Shown here: positions 23,159 through 33,210 of the stretch, in pieces
How the letters are laid out: each line of letters opens with the position of its first letter
Position numbering within the stretch: position 1 is the first letter of the stretch
Source: a bacterium
Lineage (GTDB): Bacteria; Zhuqueibacterota; Zhuqueibacteria; Residuimicrobiales; Krinioviventaceae
DNA: 64,000 nucleotides
Direction: 5' to 3'
NCBI GenBank assembly: GCA_963674595.2
Contig: CAXXFV010000004.1
Coordinates: 288,001-352,000, forward strand
Translations under genes and position numbers: made by a program
Notes under the pieces: generated by a model
The model's input: the letters and a program-made list of their open reading frames with translations, nothing else
What the model was told of the DNA's origin: nothing
Database searches by the model: none

Positions 23159-24337
23159 TTAATCATCGCGAAGTACGGATCGAATACCCCGAACCGCCTG
23201 GCGTATCCGGTGTTCATTTTCAACCAATGCAAAGCGAACATATCCTTCTCCATGAGCACCAAAGCCAATTCCCGGAGAAACAGCCACCTGGGCTTTGTCG
23301 ATCAGCATTTTAGAAAAATCGACACTATTCATATTTTGAAATTTTTCAGGGATTTTCGCCCAAACAAACATGGTGCTGTTTGGTGAGGTAATATCCCAGC
23401 CTGCTCTTTGCAGACCGCTTATTAAACAATCACGACGGGATTGATAAATTTCAACGATTTTGGGCATTTCATCCTGACATTGACGTAATGCTGTTACCGA
23501 TGCGATTTGTATTGGTTGAAAAATACCGTAATCAAGATAGCTTTTAATTCTTGTCAAAGCATGGACTATTTTTTTATTTCCCAAACAAAAACCAACACGC
23601 CAGCCGGCCATGCTGAAACTTTTGGACATGGAATAAAACTCAACACCAACGTCTTTAGCTCCCGGGACCTGAAGAAAACTGGATGGCGTATATCCGTCAA
23701 AAGATAGGTCGGCATAGGCAAAATCGTGAATAATGATAACATTGTTCTTTTTAGCAAAAGATACTATTTCTTTAAAAAAGTCAATGTCTGCATTTATTGT
23801 TGTAGGATTATGGGGAAAAGAAATAATTAAAATACGTGGTTTTGGCCAGACCTGAAAATAGGTGTCTGACAGGTCTTTTAAAAATTGTTCAGAACTGAAA
23901 AGAGGAACGGAATGCAAATCTCCTCGTGCAATAATTACACTGTATGAATGAATAGGGTAGGTGGGATTCGGCACCAGAACTTTATCACCAGGCGTTATAA
24001 TGGCTAAAGCCAGGTGCGCTAATCCTTCCTTTGCACCGATGGTTACAATAGCTTCGGAATCAGGATCTATGTTTACATTATATTTTTTTTCATAATGTTC
24101 GGAAATAGCATTGCGAAGACCTGTAATTCCCCTGGATGCAGAATAGCGATGATTTCGTGGATTTTCTGCTGCCTCAATCAATTTATCTACAATTGGTTCC
24201 GGTGTTGGAATGTCCGGATTTCCCATGCCAAGGTCGATAATATCCTGACCCTGACGGCGGGCATTCATTTTTGCATCGTTCACTTCTGCAAAGATGTAGG
24301 GGGGTAGTCTGTCGATTGTATAAAAAGAATTATTCAT
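23159..24337 (-). CDS. PLP-dependent class I/II aminotransferase (AlaC-like)
   Basis: [53 protein letters not shown]. Confidence 0.9.
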   Translation of the reverse strand: MNNSFYTIDRLPPYIFAEVNDAKMNARRQGQDIIDLGMGNPDIPTPEPIVDKLIEAAENPRNHRYSASRGITGLRNAISEHYEKKYNVNIDPDSEAIVTIGAKEGLAHLALAIITPGDKVLVPNPTYPIHSYSVIIARGDLHSVPLFSSEQFLKDLSDTYFQVWPKPRILIISFPHNPTTINADIDFFKEIVSFAKKNNVIIIHDFAYADLSFDGYTPSSFLQVPGAKDVGVEFYSMSKSFSMAGWRVGFCLGNKKIVHALTRIKSYLDYGIFQPIQIASVTALRQCQDEMPKIVEIYQSRRDCLISGLQRAGWDITSPNSTMFVWAKIPEKFQNMNSVDFSKMLIDKAQVAVSPGIGFGAHGEGYVRFALVENEHRIRQAVRGIRSVLRDD

Positions 24338-24528
24338 TACTTGTTGGTCCTGTTTATTGAAAATCGTTCATATTTATAGAAATGAATTTATTGGTTTTAT
24401 GTTTTGAATGCAATGAATTTTTCAGGGTAAATTGATGGGAGAGTTCCTTAATGCAGGGTATATAAACAAGAATTTATCTTGAATTATAATTTGTAAATAA
24501 AGTTTTTATGAAAAAATTGTTTAAACTA

Positions 24529-25314
24529 TCAGGCGAGTCCTGAGAGAACATGCCCGACAATATAAGCAGCAACAGCCGCCAGTCCGCCGATCAACAACAT
24601 TTCCATTCCGGACAGAAACCAGTTTTTACCGGTAATTTTGACTTTTAGCGCGCCCAAAATAAACAATGTTATACCTGTTAAAGTGGCGGCCGGAATAAAA
24701 GCATTAAAATGCATGGATGAAAACAAAAATGAAACAACATGTGTTACAAGCGGGATGAATCCGAAAATGGCAAAGGAAATAAAGGTGGCGATGGCGTTTT
24801 TTAAAGGTGATTCATCAGATTCTATGATTCCCAGTTCTTCAACCATCATTATGTCTACCCACACCTTTTTATTTTTGGAAATGATATCGACCATTGTTTT
24901 TGCATCATCTTCCGTAATACCTTTGCTTACATAAAGTTCCAAAAGTTCTTTTTTTTCACCATCCGGATAATGATCAACCTCCCACTGTTCGCGTTCTCTT
25001 TCAGCTTTATTATATTCGTTTTCTGATTTTGTACTCAAATAGTCTCCGGTGGCCATGGAAAGACCATCAGCAATCAAATTAGCAAAACCGAGAATTAATA
25101 CGACACCCGCTGACAAAGACGCACCTGCTACACCTGCTACGACCGCAAAAGTTGTAACTATTCCATCCAGTCCGCCATAAATAATACTTTTAATATATTT
25201 TCCATGCTCCTGTTGATGTAATTCCGGGGCATTAACATCGTGGGCGGATTTCATTTTCTGAATATCTTTTTCTTTAAAAGCCGAACGGGCTTTATTTACA
25301 TCTCTTGAAAGCAT
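24529..25314 (-). CDS. VIT1/CCC1 family Fe/Mn transporter
   Basis: IIYGGLDGIVTTFAVVAG, ANLIADGLSMA, EREREQWE, MMVEELG. Confidence 0.92.
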   Translation of the reverse strand: MLSRDVNKARSAFKEKDIQKMKSAHDVNAPELHQQEHGKYIKSIIYGGLDGIVTTFAVVAGVAGASLSAGVVLILGFANLIADGLSMATGDYLSTKSENEYNKAEREREQWEVDHYPDGEKKELLELYVSKGITEDDAKTMVDIISKNKKVWVDIMMVEELGIIESDESPLKNAIATFISFAIFGFIPLVTHVVSFLFSSMHFNAFIPAATLTGITLFILGALKVKITGKNWFLSGMEMLLIGGLAAVAAYIVGHVLSGLA

Positions 25315-25363
25315 TATATACCTTCTTAAAGATTAAATTCATTTTTTGGATGGTCTATTACGC

Positions 25364-25393
25364 AAAAAGCCCTATCAATATGACAGGGCTTTT
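25364..25393 (-). terminator. Terminator downstream of tRNA-Phe
   Basis: AAAAGCCCT...AGGGCTTTT inverted repeat. Confidence 0.7.
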
Positions 25394-25400
25394 ATGTATG

Positions 25401-25473
25401 TGGCGCCTCCCAGAATCGAACTGGGGACACAGGGATTTTCAGTCCCTTGCTCTACCGACTGAGCTAAAGCGCC
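25401..25473 (-). tRNA. tRNA-Phe (GAA), CCA not encoded
   Basis: GGCGCTT acceptor, AGCTCAGTCGGTAGAGC D-arm, GGGA-CTGAAAA-TCCC anticodon arm, GTTCGATTC T-loop. Confidence 0.97.
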
Positions 25474-25513
25474 GCGATCAAAGATACATAATTTACAAAA
25501 ATTTAAAAAAAAG

Positions 25514-26566
25514 TCAAGATTTTTCTTTTTCCAGGGCTTCTTCCATGTTATTTTTTTTAATTATTACGTTCCAGTCTACAAATTTTGAGAAAATTTTTGG
25601 TACAAGAATTTTATCAGTAATTTGATAAGCCACTGTCAAATAGCCCAATCCTATCAGTAAATCAATAATATAATGCTGGTTTAAATAAACAGCCGAAAAC
25701 CAAACACCAAGCGGATAAATAAGTAAAAGTGCCGGCCATTTTTTAAATTTTTTATAGGTAAAAAATGCAACTGCGGCCGGATACGAACCATGAAGTGATG
25801 GAATAGCCGCAAAATGATTTGGATTAAAGCCGCCCCATAGTGTTTGAAAAAAGTTCATACCAATCATTTTGTCAACGTTTAATAACGATCCGGCGCCCAG
25901 GCCCCAAAATGCTGTTTGAGGCGGTTGTGCAAACCCATAACTAAAAACATACCAGGGTGGCGCTGCCGGGTACAGGATAAATGTAGCCAGTGCCGAAAAA
26001 TTTAACAATGTCATTGTCCAAACAAATGTGTAAAACATTTTTCGGTCGGAGGCCGTATGCCATAATGCCCAGCCTAAAATAATCGGCAAACCGAAATGTA
26101 GTGTATAAAACAGTCCACCGGTTGCATCTAAAATGTTTTTCAATAAAGACCCGTTAATCAACTGCTGAAATTCCTGGAAATAAAATGCAGGAATCATACC
26201 CTTAAATAGCGGTCCGAAAATAGCCAGCTCTACTTTATAGGGAAGAGATATATTAATCATACCCCTTAAGTTGTCTGCAATGCCCCGCATCATATCATAA
26301 CATATCCAGAAAACAATCCAGGGGGCCCAGTCTGCTGCAAAATATTTTACACGTCCCTTACCTAAGGCAACGGCAAACAGCAGTAACGCAACAAAAACAT
26401 GATCCGGACGTACCCTGACCAACTGGTTTATAAGAATGAGATATACAACCAGCCCGATGAGGATATATCCCCTCCAATGATGTGATCTGATATGGGTTAG
26501 TATCGAATTCCAAATACTCATTTTATTCTTCATCATGTATCCTGTTTGAAAATGATCAATTAACAT
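25514..26566 (-). CDS. PAP2-superfamily membrane protein, Aur1/IPC-synthase-like
   Basis: Multiple TMs; YPAAPPWY, FAAIPSLHGSY, VYLNQHYIIDL; true start may be a few codons downstream. Confidence 0.85.
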   Translation of the reverse strand: MLIDHFQTGYMMKNKMSIWNSILTHIRSHHWRGYILIGLVVYLILINQLVRVRPDHVFVALLLFAVALGKGRVKYFAADWAPWIVFWICYDMMRGIADNLRGMINISLPYKVELAIFGPLFKGMIPAFYFQEFQQLINGSLLKNILDATGGLFYTLHFGLPIILGWALWHTASDRKMFYTFVWTMTLLNFSALATFILYPAAPPWYVFSYGFAQPPQTAFWGLGAGSLLNVDKMIGMNFFQTLWGGFNPNHFAAIPSLHGSYPAAVAFFTYKKFKKWPALLLIYPLGVWFSAVYLNQHYIIDLLIGLGYLTVAYQITDKILVPKIFSKFVDWNVIIKKNNMEEALEKEKS

Positions 26567-26667
26567 ATAATATAACTAATTAATATACAAATGTAAATCG
26601 GAGAATTTTTTAAATTGCTATTCTTGACGGATGTTTATATCTTAAAAAAATTTTAATGGAGGTTGCT

Positions 26668-28908
26668 ATGAAGTTTCAATTAAAATTCCTGTTTATTACC
26701 TTACTATTTTGTTTTATTACAATTATTGCCTGTACACAACCCGATGTAACCATTGATTCTTCATGTCAAATAGCAGTTGATAGCGGCTTATTTTCTTCAC
26801 CGGAGCAAGCGGCTTTTGCAGAACAACAAATTGACTGGAGCGGCCAGGATACGGCAGCGATGAGGGCCTGCACGGAATGTTTTGCGGCTGTTGAATTGAA
26901 AAATTATCTGTCTGCCATCACGGAAAGCAATGATGATAAAAATGCTTTCAAGATCGTTTCGCTTGATCAGGCTGCTGCCGGGAATTCCATAGTGCTGACC
27001 AGCTTAAGTGCCGAACAGACAACGCCCATTATCTCCAAAATTATTAAAAAATACAAGCTTGAAAATAAACTTGAAAAAAATGAAAGCTTTGCCATTATTA
27101 CAAAAAGTGATAAAATTTTTATCATCGGCAAAGACCGTACGGGTACGCTTTATGGCGTTTATCATTTTTTAGAAAAATTAGGCGTTCGCTGGTTTGAACC
27201 CGGGAAAATGGGTGAAGAAATTCCAAAATCCGACGTTATAACGGTTCAGGCAATCAACGAAATCCAGTCTCCACATTTTATTTCACGCGGATTTTGGGCC
27301 TGGGAAGACAGGGGTAACACGGATTTTTATTTGTGGATGGCACGAAATAAATTAAATTATTGGACAATCGCCGAACCCAACCGGGCATTTTTAAGAAAAA
27401 TCGGCATTCAGTTGACCTTTGGGGGGCATAAACATTTTGAACGTTTTTTAAATCCTGATGAAGAATACCCCTATAATCATCCGCTTTTTAAGGGTGATGA
27501 AAAAAAGGCAGATGATCCTTACAGCGTCAGCAAAGCCGAATATAAAGGGGATGTGAACAGGGACGGCAAACTTTCCTATTTTGAGGCCCACCCGGAATGG
27601 TATGGTTTAATTGACGGAAAACGAACGCCTTTTGAAGGAGAGTTTGGAACCAATATTTGTACCTCGAATAATGACGCCATACAGGAATTGTGCTATAAAC
27701 TTGTCGACGAACTGGCTGTTGGTGAATGGAGAGACGCCGGCTCGTTAAATTTTTGGCCCATTGACGGAGGCGAATGGTGTGAATGCGAAAAATGTAAACC
27801 GTTGGGAACTCCGACAGATCGGTTATTGGTACTCGTTAATCAGGTCCATCAGGCTATAGAAAAAGCACAGGAACGAAATTATATTAAAAGAGATGTAAAA
27901 ATTGTCTTTCCGATATATCATGAGACCTTATCTCCTCCGACCCGTCCGCTGCCTCAGGATTTTGATTATGACGATTGTATTGGAACCTATTTTCCGATAG
28001 AACGTTGTTATGTACATGTTTTGGATGACAGTAACTGCACGGAATATAATGCACCATTATGGGAGGATTTTATAGGGTGGATTAAAACAGAACCTGTTTA
28101 TTACAAAGGCCAGTTTTTTATTGGTGAATACTATAACGTCTCCAGAATTAAATCGTTACCGGTTTTATACACACGCATCATGCCTCATGATCTTTTGACA
28201 TATTATAATTATGGAGCCCGGCATTGCCATTATATGCATGTATATACCAAATTATGGGGAATGAAGCGTATAAACAATTATTTGTTTGCAAAATTGTTAT
28301 GGGATGTTAATACTGATACGGACCACTTGCTCAACGATTACTTTAACCGGTTTTATGGAAATAGCGCTTTAGACATGAAAGAGTTATATGATAAAATGGA
28401 ATATGCCATGTCCAGCATTAAACAATGGCGCCATTATTATCATTTGGCTGATCAAATAGATAAAGATTTGACACCCTTATTTCATCTTGAGCATCTAAAA
28501 CTTAAAGAATACCATCCGGAAAAAAATGACGGAGTGGATTTGGAAGAGAGTGTGCTAAGTTTGAAAGAATGCCGTAAAATTATGGACACAGTTATAAAAA
28601 GCAATAACACTGCAAATCTTGTTACCAGATTATCAGAAGACGACCAAAACCTGCGATATGCTGAAAATACAGTTAATTTTTATTACTATGTTGCGCAAGC
28701 GATAGAAGCTGAGCGTGCAGAAAATTTAACAGAGGCACGGGACTTTTTTACAAAAAGTATTCCCTTTGCCAGGGCATTACAAGCGGAAACTGAAATAGTA
28801 CAAACCTCCTCTTCGCATGCCAATGCAAAAAATGGATTAGAAGCAACACGAATAGAGAATAAATACCGTGAAATGGGTAAACGTCTTGCACCCGGTTTCA
28901 GGTTATAA
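26668..28908 (+). CDS. DUF4838-type lipoprotein (putative glycoside hydrolase-like)
   Basis: Lipobox IIAC; IIGKDRTGTLYGVYHFLEKLGVRWF; HPEWYGLIDGKR; WCECEKC; AKLLWD. Confidence 0.75.
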   Translation: MKFQLKFLFITLLFCFITIIACTQPDVTIDSSCQIAVDSGLFSSPEQAAFAEQQIDWSGQDTAAMRACTECFAAVELKNYLSAITESNDDKNAFKIVSLDQAAAGNSIVLTSLSAEQTTPIISKIIKKYKLENKLEKNESFAIITKSDKIFIIGKDRTGTLYGVYHFLEKLGVRWFEPGKMGEEIPKSDVITVQAINEIQSPHFISRGFWAWEDRGNTDFYLWMARNKLNYWTIAEPNRAFLRKIGIQLTFGGHKHFERFLNPDEEYPYNHPLFKGDEKKADDPYSVSKAEYKGDVNRDGKLSYFEAHPEWYGLIDGKRTPFEGEFGTNICTSNNDAIQELCYKLVDELAVGEWRDAGSLNFWPIDGGEWCECEKCKPLGTPTDRLLVLVNQVHQAIEKAQERNYIKRDVKIVFPIYHETLSPPTRPLPQDFDYDDCIGTYFPIERCYVHVLDDSNCTEYNAPLWEDFIGWIKTEPVYYKGQFFIGEYYNVSRIKSLPVLYTRIMPHDLLTYYNYGARHCHYMHVYTKLWGMKRINNYLFAKLLWDVNTDTDHLLNDYFNRFYGNSALDMKELYDKMEYAMSSIKQWRHYYHLADQIDKDLTPLFHLEHLKLKEYHPEKNDGVDLEESVLSLKECRKIMDTVIKSNNTANLVTRLSEDDQNLRYAENTVNFYYYVAQAIEAERAENLTEARDFFTKSIPFARALQAETEIVQTSSSHANAKNGLEATRIENKYREMGKRLAPGFRL

Positions 28909-28948
28909 AATATACAAATACAAATTTTTGAAAAGTTAGGAGATTCGA

Positions 28949-30607
28949 TTGAGGTTTTTTATCAAATTCACCGGTTTACTTTTAATTCTATTATCCTGTT
29001 CAACCAGTATCAATGGAAATAAAGCATCTATTGAAGGAAAAATTTTAAATTATTCAAAATATAAAAATGTGTATAAAACGATAGACTTTATTGTTTTTGA
29101 TCTTTTGTCTTCACAGGAACAAACGTATTTCGCCGAAATCGACCATTCCGGGAAATTTCAAATTCAATTTCCCATGATGACGGCATTCGATGTTCATATG
29201 AAATTTGGGAAAAAGAAACTTTCCATATATTGCGAGCCCGGAACAACATTATATATGGAATTTGATGCAGAAGAAATGACCAAATTGAAAGATACGAGTC
29301 CCTGTTCATCGCTTGTTTTTAAAGGAGATTTAAAGCAGATAAATGAAAATATTTCCGATTTTATACCTTTATATAATTCTCTGACGGATGAAAGAAATGA
29401 AATACAACGCAAGAAAATGCAGGAACTGGATCCCTCAAGTTTTAAAACATTTCGTCAGGATTGGTTAAAAGCAGAGCAGGCGCTTTTGCAGGGTTATATA
29501 AAACAATACGCAACCAGTGAGGAATTTAATTCGTGGGCAAAAAATCAAATCAATTTTGGTTATGTGTCAGATTTGTTGTACTATGAACTTCAGCGATCAC
29601 GGGCCCTTTATTTTGGAATGCCGTTGGATGCTGTTTCCGATGAATATTTCGATCTTGATAAATTTGATTTGAATGACGCATCTGCAATGAACAGCTCCTA
29701 TTTTCAACATGCTTTGGCCCATTTTGACTATTATTATCAAAGTAAAAAAAGCGCGAATATTTTTAAAGAAATTTTAAAAACCTTTATTTCTGAAACACCT
29801 GACTTGAGTAAATCAGACAAACAGAAACTGGAAAAAATTCTTAAAAAAGATTCGATTCATCTAACCTCAGAGGAAAATCGCTTTTTAGTGGGTATCAGCC
29901 GCGATTATGAAATGTTTTTTCAAAAAGAAAACAAACGAATTATTATGAACAATATTGTCAACAATGTTAAAAAAGAGTTTTCCGGAAATTTAAAAGAAGT
30001 ACTGCTGTCCAGAGCTTTGTATAGAGAACTTTTGTTAAAAAATTTGGATATCGTAAAGCCATATTATCAGGACTATTTAGCTGAAACACAAACAGCATAT
30101 TATAAAACCAAAATTGAAGAATTGTATAATAATATTGAAAAATATATTACGCAGACGGAAATACCTAAAGATGCAAAATTATTCGAAATGGCCGATGTTT
30201 CCGGGGATTCATTGTGGAACAAGATCATTAAAGATAATAAAGGAAAAGTGGTTTATATAACTCTTTGGTCTACCTGGAGTGAAAAAAGCCGGCAAGAGGT
30301 TCCTTTTTCGGTCCAACTCTCCAAAGAATTCAATTCAGATAAAGTCGCTTTTGTTTATCTTTGTGCCCGTTCTTTGGATAATATCTGGAAGGCCTCCATC
30401 GACCAGTATGATATTTCCGGAACACATTATTTGATTTCCCTGGACCAATATAGATACCTGAATGATCGCTTTCAAATTAGAAGGCTTCCTTATTTTATTC
30501 TGATTAAAAAAGACGGAACAATTGAATCAAAAAGGGCTATCAGTCCAAGCACACAGGGTAAAGTTTTAAATAAAAGCCTTGTTAAAACAATTAAAGATCT
30601 TTTATAA
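28949..30607 (+). CDS. Lipoprotein with C-terminal TlpA-like thioredoxin fold lacking CxxC
   Basis: LLSC lipobox; KGKVVYITLWSTWSEKSRQEVP; FQIRRLPYFILIKKDG. Confidence 0.75.
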   Translation: MRFFIKFTGLLLILLSCSTSINGNKASIEGKILNYSKYKNVYKTIDFIVFDLLSSQEQTYFAEIDHSGKFQIQFPMMTAFDVHMKFGKKKLSIYCEPGTTLYMEFDAEEMTKLKDTSPCSSLVFKGDLKQINENISDFIPLYNSLTDERNEIQRKKMQELDPSSFKTFRQDWLKAEQALLQGYIKQYATSEEFNSWAKNQINFGYVSDLLYYELQRSRALYFGMPLDAVSDEYFDLDKFDLNDASAMNSSYFQHALAHFDYYYQSKKSANIFKEILKTFISETPDLSKSDKQKLEKILKKDSIHLTSEENRFLVGISRDYEMFFQKENKRIIMNNIVNNVKKEFSGNLKEVLLSRALYRELLLKNLDIVKPYYQDYLAETQTAYYKTKIEELYNNIEKYITQTEIPKDAKLFEMADVSGDSLWNKIIKDNKGKVVYITLWSTWSEKSRQEVPFSVQLSKEFNSDKVAFVYLCARSLDNIWKASIDQYDISGTHYLISLDQYRYLNDRFQIRRLPYFILIKKDGTIESKRAISPSTQGKVLNKSLVKTIKDLL

Positions 30608-30675
30608 GGTCCATTTAAATTAATTTTTAAAATTGAAAACGCTGAATATATAACTAAAAATATTTAATTTATTGC

Positions 30676-30704
30676 TTGCGAATAAAGCAAGTGCTTTATA
30701 TATT
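30676..30704 (+). promoter_or_regulatory. Sigma70-like promoter with palindrome in spacer
   Basis: TTGCGA-17-TATATT; ATAAAGCA-AG-TGCTTTAT at 30682-30699. Confidence 0.5.
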
Positions 30705-30749
30705 CAGTTTGTTAATTAGGAATCTGTTGATCAAAATTGTGGGTTTTTT

Positions 30750-31895
30750 ATGATCATAAACAAAGCTTATATACGTGCTTTTAAATCAATTTACGAATTG
30801 GCGATTTCATTTAATCCCAAAATCAATGTTATAATCGGAGCAAATGAAAGCGGAAAAACCAATATATTAAAAGCAATCGAATCTTTTCGAAATGATATTC
30901 CCTTTGACAGTTCTTTAACCTGTCAATACTCAAACCATTACTATATGGGCAAGTGTCCTGAGCTGATTTTAGAGTTTGGCGGAATATCTAAAGAAAATCG
31001 GAAAGCCTTGCTGAAAATTTCAGAAATATTTAAAGAAATTGAAACTTTTCAGGTTCGTAGAGATGGGTCAGAGTTAAAGGACTATCATCTCATTATTAAC
31101 GAAGCTGAAATTGAAGAAAATATTGATATGAAGCGTTTGCTTCAAATTTTGCCGAAAATCGCTTATTTCAGTGAAATTCCCTTGTTAAAAAATAAAGTCG
31201 ATTATAATAGTTTGGTTTCGCAGGATACTGATTTTTCAACAGAGATAAATCTGTTAAAAATTGGCGGCATTGAAGATTATGATCTTATTTTTGAAGACAG
31301 CTCCCGTGGCAGACGGGCTACCGAAGAGGCCAGCCGCATTATTACAGAACAAATCCGGCGGGTATGGTCACAGGAATCGAGCATAGAAATTAAATTAAAC
31401 GTAAACGGCAAGGTTTTATACATCGATTTTGCGGATGCAACAACGGTGTTGGATACCCCGGACTCTCGAAGCCTCGGTTTTCGCTGGTACCTGTCTTTTT
31501 ACGTCAATTTTATTACCCAGACATTTGAAGGCCGGACCAATGAATATATCTTTTTAATCGACGAGCCTGGTATTCACCTTCATCCGGCAGGACAAAAAGA
31601 CCTGGTTAAAGTGCTGGAAAATCTGTCTATGAAAAACCAGATTGTCTACACAACCCATTCGCCATTTCTTATTGATCGTCAATATCCGGAACGTGTTTTT
31701 CTGGCGAATAAAGATAAAGTCGGTACCAAAGTCGACAGCACTTCATATCGTGAAAACTGGAAACCTTTACGAAAATCAATCGGTTTGACAATTGGCGATC
31801 TCTTTTTCTTTAGTGACAGCAGTTTAATTCTTGAACTTCCTACCAAAAGAAAAATGGGAATTCTGTCAAAGTTTAGACCTGATGAAGATGATTAG
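30750..31895 (+). CDS. OLD-family/AAA_15-like ABC ATPase without Toprim domain
   Basis: Walker A GANESGKT, SRSLGFRWYLSF, Walker B LIDEPGIHLHP, YTTHSPFLID. Confidence 0.85.
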   Translation: MIINKAYIRAFKSIYELAISFNPKINVIIGANESGKTNILKAIESFRNDIPFDSSLTCQYSNHYYMGKCPELILEFGGISKENRKALLKISEIFKEIETFQVRRDGSELKDYHLIINEAEIEENIDMKRLLQILPKIAYFSEIPLLKNKVDYNSLVSQDTDFSTEINLLKIGGIEDYDLIFEDSSRGRRATEEASRIITEQIRRVWSQESSIEIKLNVNGKVLYIDFADATTVLDTPDSRSLGFRWYLSFYVNFITQTFEGRTNEYIFLIDEPGIHLHPAGQKDLVKVLENLSMKNQIVYTTHSPFLIDRQYPERVFLANKDKVGTKVDSTSYRENWKPLRKSIGLTIGDLFFFSDSSLILELPTKRKMGILSKFRPDEDD

Positions 31896-31988
31896 CCAAT
31901 ATCTGTTTGTTACAAACAAAAAGATTATATATAAATTTATTCCATTTGAAAGATTCCGAAACTAAAAAATCAGATACAGGGAGTGTAT

Positions 31989-33209
31989 ATGAAATACCAA
32001 ATGCCCCTTTTAATTTTATCGCTTTTTTTTATTAGCTCATGTGCTGTGAATAATAAAAATGATGGACCTGTTTTTAAGGATGACGTATCATTCTTAAAAA
32101 ATTATACACAAACTATTATTTTATCAGATGCTCAGGATAAAGCAAAAGTAGCTGTTTGTCCTGATTATCAGGGACGTGTTATGACCAGTACGGCAACCGG
32201 GCCGGATGGTAATAGCTATGGTTGGATAAATCGCGGATTGATAGAGTCTAAAGAAAACAATTTGCATATCAACGCTCTGGGCGGTGAAGACCGGTTTTGG
32301 ATGGGACCCGAAGGCGGTCAGTTTTCGATCTTTTTTAAAAAAGACACACCCTTTACCCTGGAAAATTGGTTTACGCCACCGGACATAAACGAGGCATCCT
32401 ACAAAATTACGGAACAGGGAAAAGATTTTGTTCAGTTTGAACATGTGATGCAGTTTAAAAATTACTCTGATTTTGTTTTTGATGTAAAACTGGACCGTAT
32501 GGTAAAATTGTTAACGACTGATGATGTAAAAAACCTGTTAAATATTTCTGATCTTCAGAGCGTTGACATGGTAGCATTTCAGTCGGAAAATACGGTAACA
32601 AATGTCGGCAAGGAAGCATGGAATAAAGAAACAGGCCTTTTATCTATTTGGATCCTTGGTATGTTTAATCCGTCACCGGCATCAACGATTATAGTGCCCT
32701 TGAAACCAGGCCCGGAAGAAGAGTTGGGCCCGATTGTTAATGATGCCTATTTCGGAGAGATTCCGTCAAACCGGTTGGTTATTCAGGATAGTTTAATGTT
32801 TTTCAGCGGAGACGGCCAATATCGCAGCAAAATAGGCATCTCCCAGAAACGCTGCAAAGAAATTTTGGGTAGTTATGATGCTGAAAAACAGGTTTTGACT
32901 ATTGCACATTTAACCTTACCGGAAGGTGAACAGTCCTATGTCAATTCAATGTGGGAGCTTCAGGAACAACCCTATAACGGTGACGTGGTCAACAGCTACA
33001 ACGATGGTCCATCGGAACCGGGAAAAGCACCGCTTGGTCCGTTTTATGAATTGGAAACCTCTTCTCCGGCAGCACAGCTCGAACCCATGCAGTCTTTGTC
33101 ACATCAGCATACAACCATTCATTTTCAGGGTTCCAAAGCTGCTTTGGACAAAATGACAACGTTATTGTTTAACGTTTCATTAGAAAATATCGAGAATGCT
33201 CTGAAATAA
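31989..33209 (+). CDS. DUF6786-like lipoprotein
   Basis: Lipobox ISSC; QGRVMTST, GGEDRFWMGPEGGQ, VNSYNDGP, FYELETSSPA; start uncertain (31983 or 31989). Confidence 0.7.
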   Translation: MKYQMPLLILSLFFISSCAVNNKNDGPVFKDDVSFLKNYTQTIILSDAQDKAKVAVCPDYQGRVMTSTATGPDGNSYGWINRGLIESKENNLHINALGGEDRFWMGPEGGQFSIFFKKDTPFTLENWFTPPDINEASYKITEQGKDFVQFEHVMQFKNYSDFVFDVKLDRMVKLLTTDDVKNLLNISDLQSVDMVAFQSENTVTNVGKEAWNKETGLLSIWILGMFNPSPASTIIVPLKPGPEEELGPIVNDAYFGEIPSNRLVIQDSLMFFSGDGQYRSKIGISQKRCKEILGSYDAEKQVLTIAHLTLPEGEQSYVNSMWELQEQPYNGDVVNSYNDGPSEPGKAPLGPFYELETSSPAAQLEPMQSLSHQHTTIHFQGSKAALDKMTTLLFNVSLENIENALK

Positions 33210-33210
33210 A

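Noticed and set aside
25305-25625. 106-aa plus-strand ORF
   Set aside because: Antisense to tRNA-Phe and its terminator; spurious
30260-30295. Selenocysteine recoding in the thioredoxin-like motif
   Set aside because: Codons are AGT and AGC (Ser), not TGA
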